Below are positions 1 to 9,920 of a stretch of 64,000 nucleotides of DNA, piece by piece. The stretch covers positions 992,001-1,056,000 of the forward strand of contig JBNJNM010000006.1 in assembly GCA_052426225.1 (NCBI GenBank). Reading direction: 5' to 3'. This stretch comes from Zancudomyces culisetae HAW-14-8 (taxonomy: Eukaryota > Fungi > Kickxellomycota). Positions within the stretch are counted from its first letter, which is position 1. Each line of letters starts with the position of its first letter. The position numbers and the translations under genes are program-made. The notes under the pieces were generated by a model. It was not told the DNA's origin and did not search any database. It was given only the letters and a program-made list of their open reading frames with translations.

Positions 1-2793
1 ATTAGCTTTTAGCAATTCTATTATTCTACATACATCTTGTATATGTTCATTAAACGATTTAGAATAAATTATAATATCGTCAATGTACACCATGACGCAT
101 CTGTGTAATTCGCTTTTCAGTACGTCCTCCATCACTCTTTGAAATATGGATGGAGCATTCGTCAGACCGAATGGGAGTACGGTAAATTGGAATAACCCTA
201 GGCCAGGGCCAGGTGTGAAGGCAGTCATTTCTTGGGTAACACGATCGAGTGGTATTTGCCAATACCCACTAAGCGCATCAAGTGTAGAAAAGTACTTTGC
301 ACCTTGTAGATTACTGAGTATTTCGTCAATATTCGGAATTGGGTAAGCATCTTTTCTTGAAATATCATTCAACTTTCGGTAGTCGACACATATTCTCTTT
401 TTCCCGTCCTTTTTATTAACTACTACCATAGGGAAACAGTATGGACTGTTCGATTTTATGATAACACCCTGTGTCTCCATTTCTGCTATTTGGTTCATGA
501 CTTCCTCCTGTAATCTTTTCGCTAGTCGGTATGGTTTGCAATGAATCGGTTTTGGGTCGAGTAATTCAATTATTACCGGTTCAACCTTGGCTCTACGAAA
601 TTCTTCTAGATCATGAGCAAACTCATCCTCATTATCCCTTATCACCGCCTTAAGTTGCTGCTTTTGATGCTCTTCTAACTGTTGGTTAATGATCATGCCT
701 TGGTTATCTATCAGGTTTACTGCCAAAATGGTTTTTGTCGGTTCTGTATTGCCATCCTGTCTTAAGATTAAAGGTACTTCATGTACTCTCCCTTTTATGT
801 TGCAGTACATTATATTTTTCTCCATATTTATATGTGCTTTTAAACATGCAAATAGGTCTACTCCCAATAGTAGAAGATCCGGTTTTCCCTGCTTGATTGA
901 GTATATTGGTATGCAAACACTAAATGTATCGAATGTTATTTGTACTGATGGATAGTACCGTGGTTTGGAATGGTGTCCTTCCACTCCAACAATATTCACA
1001 GTTGTTTCTTGCCCTTTGCCTAAATTCAGTCTTCTAGCCATTTCGCTGCTCATCAGATTGGTGGCTGCTCCACTGTCATATTGAAATCTTGTACTTATGT
1101 TATTTACTTTGACACTACCCATTATGGCGGTTATCTTATTACTCATCTCTCTTTGCGAAACTACTGGATGCTTAATGCCTTGTTCCTTTATCTCCACTAA
1201 GTTTACTTCGTGACGAGGATTATCTGGGGTTCTTTTAATTGGGCTGGCGGTTTTCATTTCGACATCCTCAATTGATGTCGTACAGTCACTTGCGTAATGG
1301 CCATATTGTCGGCACTTGTAGCATCGGATGTTGTTTCTCTCCATTTTATTATACCTATTATTCTTTGTTGGAGTCTCGTATTTGCTTCTGTTCTCTGTAC
1401 GCGGCTTCTCACTTGGTTTATATGGACTATTGTTATTTGAATTATTAAACTTAATTGTGTTGTTAATGTTTTTGTTGTTATATGTTTTTTGATTTTTAAT
1501 ATTATTATATATTTTTTGTTTATTGCCATGCTGTATACGAATGCCCTGAGATTTTTTTGTTTCGATAATATCTTCTTCTCTTTGTATCATATATGTTAGC
1601 ATTGATTTCATAGTAATTCCATCCTTATTATTTCGCATATGTTGTTTATCTGCTGGATTCAGTTTTTTAAAAACTTTCTCCGTCATCTTCTCAGTATCCT
1701 CGATTTTCATGTTTTTGAACAACCTTTTTAGATCCGCAAAGGTTGTTATAGGATTGTTATTATAAAGATTATATTTTTCGAACTGTTTCCGAGCTTCCGA
1801 AGTGTCCCTATATTTATTACAAGTTGATATAAATAGATCGCAGTATTCTTCCCAGTCATCCTGTATTACCATTAGGTCGACTAATGTTTTCTTTATACTT
1901 CCTTCTAAAAAGTTTTCCAAATATATGAACGTTTCCTCCAAAGTCATAACGTGTTCCAACGCGTTTACATGCTTGCAGAAATAATTTAAAAACTCTTCAG
2001 GATCCTGGTCCCATGAATTGCTAAATACTGATGGTGGTACTGGTAACCATCCTGGTGCCAACTCTTTCTGTCCCATATTCATTCGTTCTTGAGTTGCTTT
2101 AACATTGGATTCTAGTACCTCTTTAGCAGTCTTACTTCCTATTACTTGTGTTCTGATTTTTGTCTTACTAGTACCTGCTTCTTTGTTTTCATTTTGTTTT
2201 CCGGAACTGGTATCGAAGTTGAAAATTTCGATACTTTTTGGAGCAAATTCTTTAAGTTTATTTACTCCATTTGTAAATAATCTCTTAGCTACTTGTGCTG
2301 TAGAAGGTTTTGGTGTGGAGTCTGTACTGTTACTACTTCGAGGAGAAAAGTATAACTTTGGTGAATCTGAAATCGCTGGGCTACTCCTTGCCTGGTCTTC
2401 ATCCCTGTGATCATTGTTGAAAAATGATCCTGTCGCTGACGCCATGTCGTAATAATCATAATTCGGGAGATCATGATTATTATGTTCATCACGTGTCATA
2501 CCAGTTCGGGTATGACCACTTGATGAGGATGCACCACTACCCCGTAGTGTGATGTGCATATAGGGGTGCTCGGGTGAGCTATTTCCCCTGTACAATGTCG
2601 GTGAGATGCTGCTCACGGACATTGGTTCTGGGCTCCTACGGATTTGGAGTTGACGGACACTTTCTGTCAACTCCCCAAGAGTCCGAGGGCTTAGAACCCC
2701 GGTCTCTTGGTCCATGCTACTAGCCGTACTCAGACTGGAGCTAGTTTCTGAATCCCTCTTGGATTCGCTTTTACTATAAAAGAAATAGTTCAT
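1..2793 (-). CDS. Gag-Pol polyprotein of element A (partial; no stop in window, so absent from the ORF track)
   Basis: ATG at 2793 (MNYFFYSKSESKRDSETSS...) lies inside the LTR. The frame stays open to base 1 (...YIDDIIIYSKSFNEHIQDVCRIIELLKAN) and is collinear with the 1629-aa ORF. Confidence 0.9.
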   Translation of the reverse strand, partial: MNYFFYSKSESKRDSETSSSLSTASSMDQETGVLSPRTLGELTESVRQLQIRRSPEPMSVSSISPTLYRGNSSPEHPYMHITLRGSGASSSSGHTRTGMTRDEHNNHDLPNYDYYDMASATGSFFNNDHRDEDQARSSPAISDSPKLYFSPRSSNSTDSTPKPSTAQVAKRLFTNGVNKLKEFAPKSIEIFNFDTSSGKQNENKEAGTSKTKIRTQVIGSKTAKEVLESNVKATQERMNMGQKELAPGWLPVPPSVFSNSWDQDPEEFLNYFCKHVNALEHVMTLEETFIYLENFLEGSIKKTLVDLMVIQDDWEEYCDLFISTCNKYRDTSEARKQFEKYNLYNNNPITTFADLKRLFKNMKIEDTEKMTEKVFKKLNPADKQHMRNNKDGITMKSMLTYMIQREEDIIETKKSQGIRIQHGNKQKIYNNIKNQKTYNNKNINNTIKFNNSNNNSPYKPSEKPRTENRSKYETPTKNNRYNKMERNNIRCYKCRQYGHYASDCTTSIEDVEMKTASPIKRTPDNPRHEVNLVEIKEQGIKHPVVSQREMSNKITAIMGSVKVNNISTRFQYDSGAATNLMSSEMARRLNLGKGQETTVNIVGVEGHHSKPRYYPSVQITFDTFSVCIPIYSIKQGKPDLLLLGVDLFACLKAHINMEKNIMYCNIKGRVHEVPLILRQDGNTEPTKTILAVNLIDNQGMIINQQLEEHQKQQLKAVIRDNEDEFAHDLEEFRRAKVEPVIIELLDPKPIHCKPYRLAKRLQEEVMNQIAEMETQGVIIKSNSPYCFPMVVVNKKDGKKRICVDYRKLNDISRKDAYPIPNIDEILSNLQGAKYFSTLDALSGYWQIPLDRVTQEMTAFTPGPGLGLFQFTVLPFGLTNAPSIFQRVMEDVLKSELHRCVMVYIDDIIIYSKSFNEHIQDVCRIIELLKAN
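2427..2444 (-). promoter_or_regulatory. Primer-binding site TGGCGTCAGCGACAGGAT (element A), tRNA-Ser-like
   Basis: Abuts the LTR and starts TGG. The complement ...ATCCTGTCGCTGACG-CCA has a G discriminator and resembles fungal tRNA-Ser 3' ends. Confidence 0.85.
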
Positions 2794-3289
2794 TTTTGGT
2801 TATTGGTTATTATCAATAATATTCTGAAGTTTGTTTTATTGTGTTTAAATAAATATACTATTTAATCCGTAGAGTAGAACATGGATGAGGTTTTTCCATT
2901 TCCCTCTTCTTGTTCCTTAAATATAAATTTCTATTAAACTGCTACTATCTTCAAAACGTTTAAATTACTATTACTTATGTACTATAAGAACTATATGACT
3001 TTATACTGACTTCCTCTACATATTTTACTTATGTAGTGAATGTTGAATTAGGTGTTGGGAACACCTAATAATTATTATTTAATTTAGGATTTAGTATGAA
3101 GACATTTTTCATACTAAATTCTATCATTATTGAGTCGACTCAGCATGTAGAATTAATTTCATACTGTGTCGCTCATTTTCCAAATTGAATTTCATGCAGA
3201 TACAAAAATTTAATTTTCATTCTGCGATGAGTGTACTTCAATTTGTACTACAATTATACTTAAGTGTACAATTGCTCACTCATGCGACA
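2445..3289 (-). repeat. 5' LTR of element A (845 bp)
   Basis: Minus strand begins TGTCGCATG and ends TTACGACA directly before the PBS; homologous to the 846-bp LTR of C/D. Confidence 0.9.
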
Positions 3290-3304
3290 ATCAAATTATA
3301 AGGT

Positions 3305-3926
3305 TGTCGCAATATGGGATCTGGGGGTTACACAATTGCTCTGTAACCTTATCCCCATTTGCGCAGAATGGGGTGACACACACCCCTTTGGAGGTGTAGG
3401 GGAAAGTCTGATCCCCGACGGACTCCCTAGGCTGCTACGGATCTGTATCTGACGCACGCTAGTGGTCAGATCTTTCAAGGTCTGGGGGCTTAATACCCCA
3501 GCATCCTGATTCATGCTGCTGCCAGTACTTCTTCCGGAAGATGATGAAGTGGTACTTATTGCCATCTCCTCATCTTCATACCCATTTGAGTAGTACATTT
3601 TCGTAGTTTTGATATAATTTTTTATTATGAACTAGATTTTTATTTATATGTCCGTATATTAAGACATGGATGACGCTTTCCAATTCATCCTATGTCTTTT
3701 ATTTATATAAACTAACTCTTTAAAAATAATCACTAAACTATCATCCATAAAAAACAATATTACTATATTAATGTTTGCGTTGAAACGTTGGTGTATGAAT
3801 GTGTTGTTAACAATCATTCATACATATCTCAACGTTTCTTTAATGAACAATGTAATTGTTCAGCAACGTGTAATCTGATCCAATACACGTTGCTATGCCG
3901 TGATACCCGGATCTAGTATCTCGACA
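3305..3926 (-). repeat. 3' LTR of element B (622 bp)
   Basis: Direct repeat of 8452-9073, identical by eye; termini TGTCGAGA...TTGCGACA. Confidence 0.95.
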
Positions 3927-3939
3927 TTCCTCCCCTTTT
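3927..3939 (-). promoter_or_regulatory. Polypurine tract of element B (AAAAGGGGAGGAA)
   Basis: Purine run directly abutting the 3' LTR on the minus strand. Confidence 0.9.
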
Positions 3940-3943
3940 AATT

Positions 3944-6900
3944 TTAATCGTCCTCGATTAAACTACTATTTGTTGGTTGTTTGTGCAATGTTGACCCCGT
4001 AGTTCTTGCGCTTCCCGTGTATAAATTTGGTATTAGTTGGTATTCTGGATAATATTTTCGAAGTCTGTCCACATGCACTTTGTCTATGTGTCCTTCTCGA
4101 TCTTCGATCTCGTATACTCCGTTTCCTAGTTTATTAGTTACTTTAAACGGTCCCACATTCCTGTGCATTGTGTACGGGTTTCTTGTCGTTGTAGCTTTTA
4201 GTACTTCATCTCCTATTTCTAAAACTCGCGGTCTTACTCCCTTATTATATCTATCTTCTTCATATATTTTCTGTCTTTTTGCTAAGTCAACTGTTAATCT
4301 TCTATAAGTAGGTATTTCTTCTTCTAAATATTTTATTCTTGTCTTCATTGCCAGTTCCTTATCGATGTCTAGCGGTATGTAACTATTCCATACTTCTGGA
4401 GTTAAGAGTTTTAATCCATATACTATCTCTGCAGGTGATCTTCCTAAACTCTTATGTTGTGTAGTCCTCATTGTTAGTAGAGCTCGCCAGATGTGAGCAT
4501 CCCAGTTTCCTGGTCTACTGATTGTTTGTTTTATCAATAACTGTTTTAGAGTCTGGATCGATCTTTCAATCTGGCCATTTGCTGATGGTCTATATGCTGT
4601 TACCGGTCGTTGTTCTATACCTAAAAATTCATTATATCTCGCGCACGCTTCGTTACTTAGGTGGGTACCCCGATCTGTTATTATTATTTTTGGTACTCCG
4701 AAATTTGCAACTATTAATTCTGTTATAAATGTACAAATAGTTTCGGCATTTACAGATTTTACCGGTAGTGCCACCGGCCATTTGGTAAAATAGTCAACGG
4801 CCATAATTATGTATTTGTTTCCTTCCGGCTCCGTAACAGGTGAGATAGGGCCAGCCACGTCGAGGCCCCAAACTTTGAATGGTTCACTAGGTATAATTGG
4901 ATGCAAATTCTCTGCTTTTCTCTGAATGTAGTTGGTTCTCTGGCATACTTCGCATCTTTCGACTATTAGCTTAACTACTGGATAGCTTCCTGGTGCATAA
5001 TAATGATCGTTCAAGTACTTGTACGTTGCTGTTGTATCCCTATGCTGTTCATAATGAATATTATATATGGTTTCGTAAAGTTCTTTAGGATGTAAATATT
5101 TTCTTTGTGATTTGTCATTGTGAATTATTTTGTTGTCTTGTACCGAAAACTTTGATAGTATTTTATCGTTTGGTATATTAGTCTTGTCCTTTATTCGTTC
5201 CTTAAGTTCCTCGTATCCTTTTGTTGAAATATAAAGTACCTCTTCCACTTGTTCGGGAATATCTTCCCAAGGGAACCTGCTTAAATAATCAGCTGGATTA
5301 TTTTTCCCTTCTCTGTGAATTACCTTGAACTCATAATGTCTAAGCTTTAATATCCACCTGCCTATTCTTCCTTTAGCTGGTTCTTTTTTAAATAATTCCA
5401 CTAAAGCGCTATGATCAGTTATTACAGTAAACGCTCGACCGTATAAATAATAATGAAAATGGGTGATTGCCCAAATTACCGCTAAGCCTTCAAGATGTGT
5501 GATACTGTAGTTGCTTTCTGCTTGCGATAAAGTTCTGCTTGCGTAACATACGATTCGATTTTTCCCTTCGGTGCCTTGAGCCAGTATTGCTCCTAAGCCT
5601 GCGGTTGATGCGTCTGTTATTAAGGTAAATTCTTGGTCCCAATCTGGATGATTTAAAATTGGCTTGTTTGTGAGCTGTTGTTGTAAATAGTTAAATGCTT
5701 CTTGCTGCGGTACTCCCCATTTGAATGCAGTATCTTTCTTAGTTAAGCTCGTTAAGGGCTTCGCTATACTGGAGAACCCTTTTATAAATTTTCTATAATA
5801 TCCGACTAGTCCCAAGTAACTTCTAAGACTATTAATATCCGTAGGTGGTTTCATTTGTTTTACCTTGTCAACATTTTCGGTGTCCGGTTGTATTCCATTC
5901 TTGTTTATGATATGTCCTAAATACCGTACTTCAGTATATCCTATTCGGCATTTATCCGCATGTAATTTTATGTTTTTTATTTTTAATAGTTCAATTACTC
6001 TATACACATCTTGTATATGTTCATCAAAAGTTTTTGAATACACTATTATGTCATCTATGTATACTAAAACACATCGATGAAGTTCTGTTTTTAACACATC
6101 TTCCATAACTCTCTGGAAAATCGACGGGGCATTTGTTAGCCCAAACGGTAACACAGTAAACTGGAATAGCCCTAAACCCGGTCCAGGCGAAAATGCAGTC
6201 ATCTCTTGTGTTGCTGGATCTAACGGAATCTGCCAGTAACCACTCAGAGCGTCCAAAGTGGTAAAGTATCTGGCTCCTTGCAAATTACTTAAGATTTCGT
6301 CGATGTTTGGGATCGGGTAAGCGTCTTTTTTCGATACATCGTTCAATTTTCTGTAGTCGACGCAAAGTCGTTTTTTGCCATCTTTTTTTCTGACGACTAC
6401 CATGGGAAAACAGTACGGGCTGTTTGACTTTACAATTATCCCTTGGTTCTTCATTTCGTCCAGCTGTTCTAGTACCTCGTCTTGTAACCGCTTTGCTAAC
6501 CGATATGGTTTACAGTGAATTGGGTTTTGATCAATTAGTTCAACTCGAATTGGTTTTACGTAGGCTCCTTTAAATTCTTCTAGATTGTGTGCAAATTGAT
6601 CGCTATTATGTGTTATGAGTGAGATTAATCTTTCTTTGAGCGGTCTTTCCAACATTTGGTTAAGCACTTTACTTTCCGTATCAACAAGGTGTACATTTTT
6701 ACTTGTTATTTCGCTTATATTACTATTTTCCTGACGTAATATTAACGGTATTTGATGTTGTACTCCGTTTATATGACATTTTATTACGTTATCTTTTAGA
6801 TTTATTTGGGCATTTAAACACGCTAACAAATCTACGCCCAGAAGTAAAAGGTCTGATTTTCCTTGTTCAATAGAGTGGATTGGTATATGAACATTAAAAG

Positions 6901-8134
6901 TATCAAAGGTTAATCGGACAGATGGATAATATCGTGAAGATGTCGGTCTCCCTTCTACTCCGATGATGGTAACATTTGATGTTTGACCATTCCCTAATTT
7001 TAGCTTTTTGGCCATCTTTGCACTCATTAGATTTGTCGCCGCTCCACTGTCATACTGAAACCATGTGTTTATTCCGTTGATTGTTACCTTCCCCATGATT
7101 GCATTTATCTTTCGGCTTATATCCGATTGAAATATTGTCGGCTGACTGCTGTATTGTTCCTTCAAATCTACTAGGTTGATTTCTTGTGTTTGATGCTCAA
7201 TCACCGGTCTCCGTGGAGTAGCAGTCCTCATTTCTACATCTTCTATTGATGTGGGACAGTTATTTGCGAAATGGCCCATTTGTCTGCATTTATAGCATTT
7301 AATGTTACGAGCGTCCGTTGTCGGTTGTTTAAACTGTTTTGTCGGAGTTATGTATTCGTTTTTTGGCACTTCTCTGTATTTAGTATTTTTATATTGAGAT
7401 ATTTTACTATAATTTTTCTCTCTTATTTTATTGTTAAATGAATAATTAATGTTTTTGTTGTTATCTGTTTTATAATTTTTGTTAGTATTATTATTATTTT
7501 TATTGTAATGAGTATAAGTGTTTTCTTTTGAATAATTTATGTTTCGCACACCCTGAGATTGTTTGGAAGTAATAAAATCTTCCTCCCTTTGTAACATGTA
7601 TTCCAACATGGTTTTCAATGTTATCCCCTTTGGATTATTTCTCATGTGTTGTTTATCAGTCGGGTTAAGTTTTTTAAACGTTTCTTCAGCCATAGTTGCT
7701 TCATCTTCAACCTTCATATTTTTAAATAATCGTTTAATATCTGCAAAGGTTGTTATTGGATTATTGTTATAGAGATTATATTTTTCAAACTGTTTCTTAG
7801 CTTCTGAAGTGTCGCGATATCTCTGACAGGTACTAATAAAGAGTGTGCAATACTCTTCCCAATTATCTTGTATGGTCATAAGATCAACCAATGTCTTTTT
7901 TATACCTCCTTCGAGAAAAGTTTCTAAGTAAGTATACGTTTCTTCCAATGTTAAGATCTGCTCCAATGCGTTAACATGCTTACAGAATCTGTTTATAAAC
8001 TCCTCCGGGTCTTGATCCCACGTATTTCTAAATATTGGCGGTGGTACTGGTAACCAGCCAGGTGCGGAAGTATCTTGTCCCCGCTTAATTCTTTCCTGTG
8101 TAGCTTTGATATTAGTTTCAAATATCTCTTTCAC
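3944..8134 (-). CDS. Gag-Pol of element B, main part (CA, CCHC knuckle, protease, RT, RNase H, integrase with GPF motif)
   Basis: CYKCRQMGHFANNC, YDSGAA, LPFGL, YIDD, TDAS, H..H..CEVC, GLDVAGP/TDRG/QIER, VGPF. The listed GTG start is artificial; the frame joins ORF 8149-8745 through a -1 shift. Confidence 0.95.
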   Translation of the reverse strand: MKEIFETNIKATQERIKRGQDTSAPGWLPVPPPIFRNTWDQDPEEFINRFCKHVNALEQILTLEETYTYLETFLEGGIKKTLVDLMTIQDNWEEYCTLFISTCQRYRDTSEAKKQFEKYNLYNNNPITTFADIKRLFKNMKVEDEATMAEETFKKLNPTDKQHMRNNPKGITLKTMLEYMLQREEDFITSKQSQGVRNINYSKENTYTHYNKNNNNTNKNYKTDNNKNINYSFNNKIREKNYSKISQYKNTKYREVPKNEYITPTKQFKQPTTDARNIKCYKCRQMGHFANNCPTSIEDVEMRTATPRRPVIEHQTQEINLVDLKEQYSSQPTIFQSDISRKINAIMGKVTINGINTWFQYDSGAATNLMSAKMAKKLKLGNGQTSNVTIIGVEGRPTSSRYYPSVRLTFDTFNVHIPIHSIEQGKSDLLLLGVDLLACLNAQINLKDNVIKCHINGVQHQIPLILRQENSNISEITSKNVHLVDTESKVLNQMLERPLKERLISLITHNSDQFAHNLEEFKGAYVKPIRVELIDQNPIHCKPYRLAKRLQDEVLEQLDEMKNQGIIVKSNSPYCFPMVVVRKKDGKKRLCVDYRKLNDVSKKDAYPIPNIDEILSNLQGARYFTTLDALSGYWQIPLDPATQEMTAFSPGPGLGLFQFTVLPFGLTNAPSIFQRVMEDVLKTELHRCVLVYIDDIIVYSKTFDEHIQDVYRVIELLKIKNIKLHADKCRIGYTEVRYLGHIINKNGIQPDTENVDKVKQMKPPTDINSLRSYLGLVGYYRKFIKGFSSIAKPLTSLTKKDTAFKWGVPQQEAFNYLQQQLTNKPILNHPDWDQEFTLITDASTAGLGAILAQGTEGKNRIVCYASRTLSQAESNYSITHLEGLAVIWAITHFHYYLYGRAFTVITDHSALVELFKKEPAKGRIGRWILKLRHYEFKVIHREGKNNPADYLSRFPWEDIPEQVEEVLYISTKGYEELKERIKDKTNIPNDKILSKFSVQDNKIIHNDKSQRKYLHPKELYETIYNIHYEQHRDTTATYKYLNDHYYAPGSYPVVKLIVERCEVCQRTNYIQRKAENLHPIIPSEPFKVWGLDVAGPISPVTEPEGNKYIIMAVDYFTKWPVALPVKSVNAETICTFITELIVANFGVPKIIITDRGTHLSNEACARYNEFLGIEQRPVTAYRPSANGQIERSIQTLKQLLIKQTISRPGNWDAHIWRALLTMRTTQHKSLGRSPAEIVYGLKLLTPEVWNSYIPLDIDKELAMKTRIKYLEEEIPTYRRLTVDLAKRQKIYEEDRYNKGVRPRVLEIGDEVLKATTTRNPYTMHRNVGPFKVTNKLGNGVYEIEDREGHIDKVHVDRLRKYYPEYQLIPNLYTGSARTTGSTLHKQPTNSSLIEDD

Positions 8135-8148
8135 TGTCTTCTTTCCTA

Positions 8149-8745
8149 CTACCTGTGGCAGTTTTGTTTTTTTCTTTGAAAAGATTCAGCCTTCTCAGCC
8201 TTCTTTTCTGATTCAGTATCGAAATTAAAAATTTCGATACTTCTAGGGGCATATTCTTTGATTTTTTTGACACCATCAAAAAATAATCTTTTAGCTACCT
8301 GAGCTGTGGTTGGTTCTGGAGCTGATAGACTTCCGTTTGCACTTCTTGGTGAGAAATAAAGTGCTGGAGAATCATATAATTCTGGACTTGCACTCTTCGG
8401 TTTCGTATCCTTGTGATCATCCGTAAAAGAATGATCCTGTCGCTGACGCCATGTCGCAATATGGGATCTGGGGGTTACACAATTGCTCTGTAACCTTATC
8501 CCCATTTGCGCAGAATGGGGTGACACACACCCCTTTGGAGGTGTAGGGGAAAGTCTGATCCCCGACGGACTCCCTAGGCTGCTACGGATCTGTATCTGAC
8601 GCACGCTAGTGGTCAGATCTTTCAAGGTCTGGGGGCTTAATACCCCAGCATCCTGATTCATGCTGCTGCCAGTACTTCTTCCGGAAGATGATGAAGTGGT
8701 ACTTATTGCCATCTCCTCATCTTCATACCCATTTGAGTAGTACAT
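8149..8745 (-). CDS. N-terminal part of element B Gag, initiated in the 5' LTR and separated from the main ORF by a -1 frameshift near 8167-8182
   Basis: GVLSPQTL...SVRQIQIR and SPALYFSP...TTAQVAKRLF...KEYAPRSIEIFNFDT match the N-terminus of the 1629-aa ORF. Confidence 0.85.
   Translation of the reverse strand: MYYSNGYEDEEMAISTTSSSSGRSTGSSMNQDAGVLSPQTLKDLTTSVRQIQIRSSLGSPSGIRLSPTPPKGCVSPHSAQMGIRLQSNCVTPRSHIATWRQRQDHSFTDDHKDTKPKSASPELYDSPALYFSPRSANGSLSAPEPTTAQVAKRLFFDGVKKIKEYAPRSIEIFNFDTESEKKAEKAESFQRKKQNCHR
8434..8451 (-). promoter_or_regulatory. Primer-binding site of element B
   Basis: TGGCGTCAGCGACAGGAT, identical to A, C and D. Confidence 0.88.
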
Positions 8746-9073
8746 TTTCGTAGTTTTGATATAATTTTTTATTATGAACTAGATTTTTATTTATATGTCC
8801 GTATATTAAGACATGGATGACGCTTTCCAATTCATCCTATGTCTTTTATTTATATAAACTAACTCTTTAAAAATAATCACTAAACTATCATCCATAAAAA
8901 ACAATATTACTATATTAATGTTTGCGTTGAAACGTTGGTGTATGAATGTGTTGTTAACAATCATTCATACATATCTCAACGTTTCTTTAATGAACAATGT
9001 AATTGTTCAGCAACGTGTAATCTGATCCAATACACGTTGCTATGCCGTGATACCCGGATCTAGTATCTCGACA
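8452..9073 (-). repeat. 5' LTR of element B (622 bp)
   Basis: Repeat of 3305-3926, followed by the PBS on the minus strand. Confidence 0.95.
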
Positions 9074-9074
9074 A

Positions 9075-9920
9075 TGTCGCAATAAGCCGAATTGTAATGC
9101 AAATCCGAATAGTGTACAAGAAATTTTGTTGTACACTCATTGCGGAATGCCAATTTTTATAATTTTTATTGTCGTTGAAATTTTTGTTCAAATTAATTTC
9201 GACTCAGCATGAAATAAATTCTACATGCTGAGTCCATTCAATAATGATGATTCTAGTACGAAATATGTTTTCATACTGAACATCAAATAATTTTAATGAT
9301 TATGTGTTCCCACACATAATCTTAATTGCACGTATGCTGCAATTATGAAACAAAACTATTAGTATACTTAACAGCAAAATAATAGTGTATAGTTAATTTA
9401 TTATATTGAAAAACGAGGTTAACATTTAAGTTTTTAATCATATATATAATTGATAGAGTAGTCTATTAGGTAACTTTATCCATGTCCTACTTTACGGATT
9501 AAATAGTATAGTTAATAAACTCAATAAAACAAACTTTGAAAGTATATACATATAATAAATAACCAAACATCATGAACTATTTCTTTTATACCAAGAGTAA
9601 ATCCAAGAGGGATTCAGAAACTAGCTCCAGCCTGAGCACGGCTAGTAGCATGGACCAAGAGACTGGGGTTTTAAGTCCTCGGACTCTTGGGGAGTTGACA
9701 GAAAGTGTCCGTCAACTCCAAATCCGTAGGAGCCCAGAACCAATGTCCGTGAGCAGTATCTCACCGACATTGTATAGGGGAAACAGCTCACCCGAGCACC
9801 CTATTATGCACATCACACTACGGGGTAGTGGTGCATCTTCATCAAGTGGTCATACCCGAACTGGTATGACACATGATGAACTTAATAATCATGGTTACAC
9901 GAATTATGATTATTACGACA
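9075..9920 (+). repeat. LTR1 of the C/D tandem (846 bp)
   Basis: TGTCGCAATA...TTACGACA, repeated at +5376 and +10752. Confidence 0.96.
9441..9510 (+). promoter_or_regulatory. Probable LTR core promoter: TATA-like TATATATAA plus downstream conserved ATCCATGT...TACGGA block
   Basis: The ATCCATGT-N-TACGGA block lies upstream of the LTR ATG in all three families (minus strand near 2850-2890 and 8797-8820), each about 30 nt after a TATA-like run. Confidence 0.45.

Larger units (their letters stand above)
1..3289 (-). mobile_element. Ty3/gypsy LTR retrotransposon, family A (5' LTR plus gag-PR-RT; continues beyond window start)
   Basis: LTR 2445-3289 (TGTCG...CGACA) and PBS at 2427-2444. An open minus-strand frame encodes a CYKCRQYGHYASDC knuckle, YDSGAA protease and YIDD RT, homologous to elements B and C. 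Confidence 0.95.
3305..9073 (-). mobile_element. Full-length Ty3/gypsy LTR retrotransposon, family B (5,769 bp)
   Basis: Two 622-bp LTRs, PBS 8434-8451, PPT 3927-3939 and domain order gag-PR-RT-RH-IN. TSD AGGT at 3301-3304; the second copy is split by the later C/D insertion (9074 plus 20677-20679). Confidence 0.97.

Noticed and set aside
3300-3304. 5-bp TSD AAGGT around B+C+D as one composite element (AAGGT also at 20675-20679)
   Set aside because: The right copy does not abut the LTR (2 nt offset); two nested 4-bp TSDs account for every junction base.
3296-3598. 100-aa ORF as a separate gene (likewise 20324-20698)
   Set aside because: It is the LTR-encoded Gag N-terminus repeated in a 3' LTR and running out into flanking DNA.
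9075-9345. CRISPR-like array interpretation of the LTR hairpins
   Set aside because: The stems are different sequences, not a repeated unit with spacers, and the context is eukaryotic.
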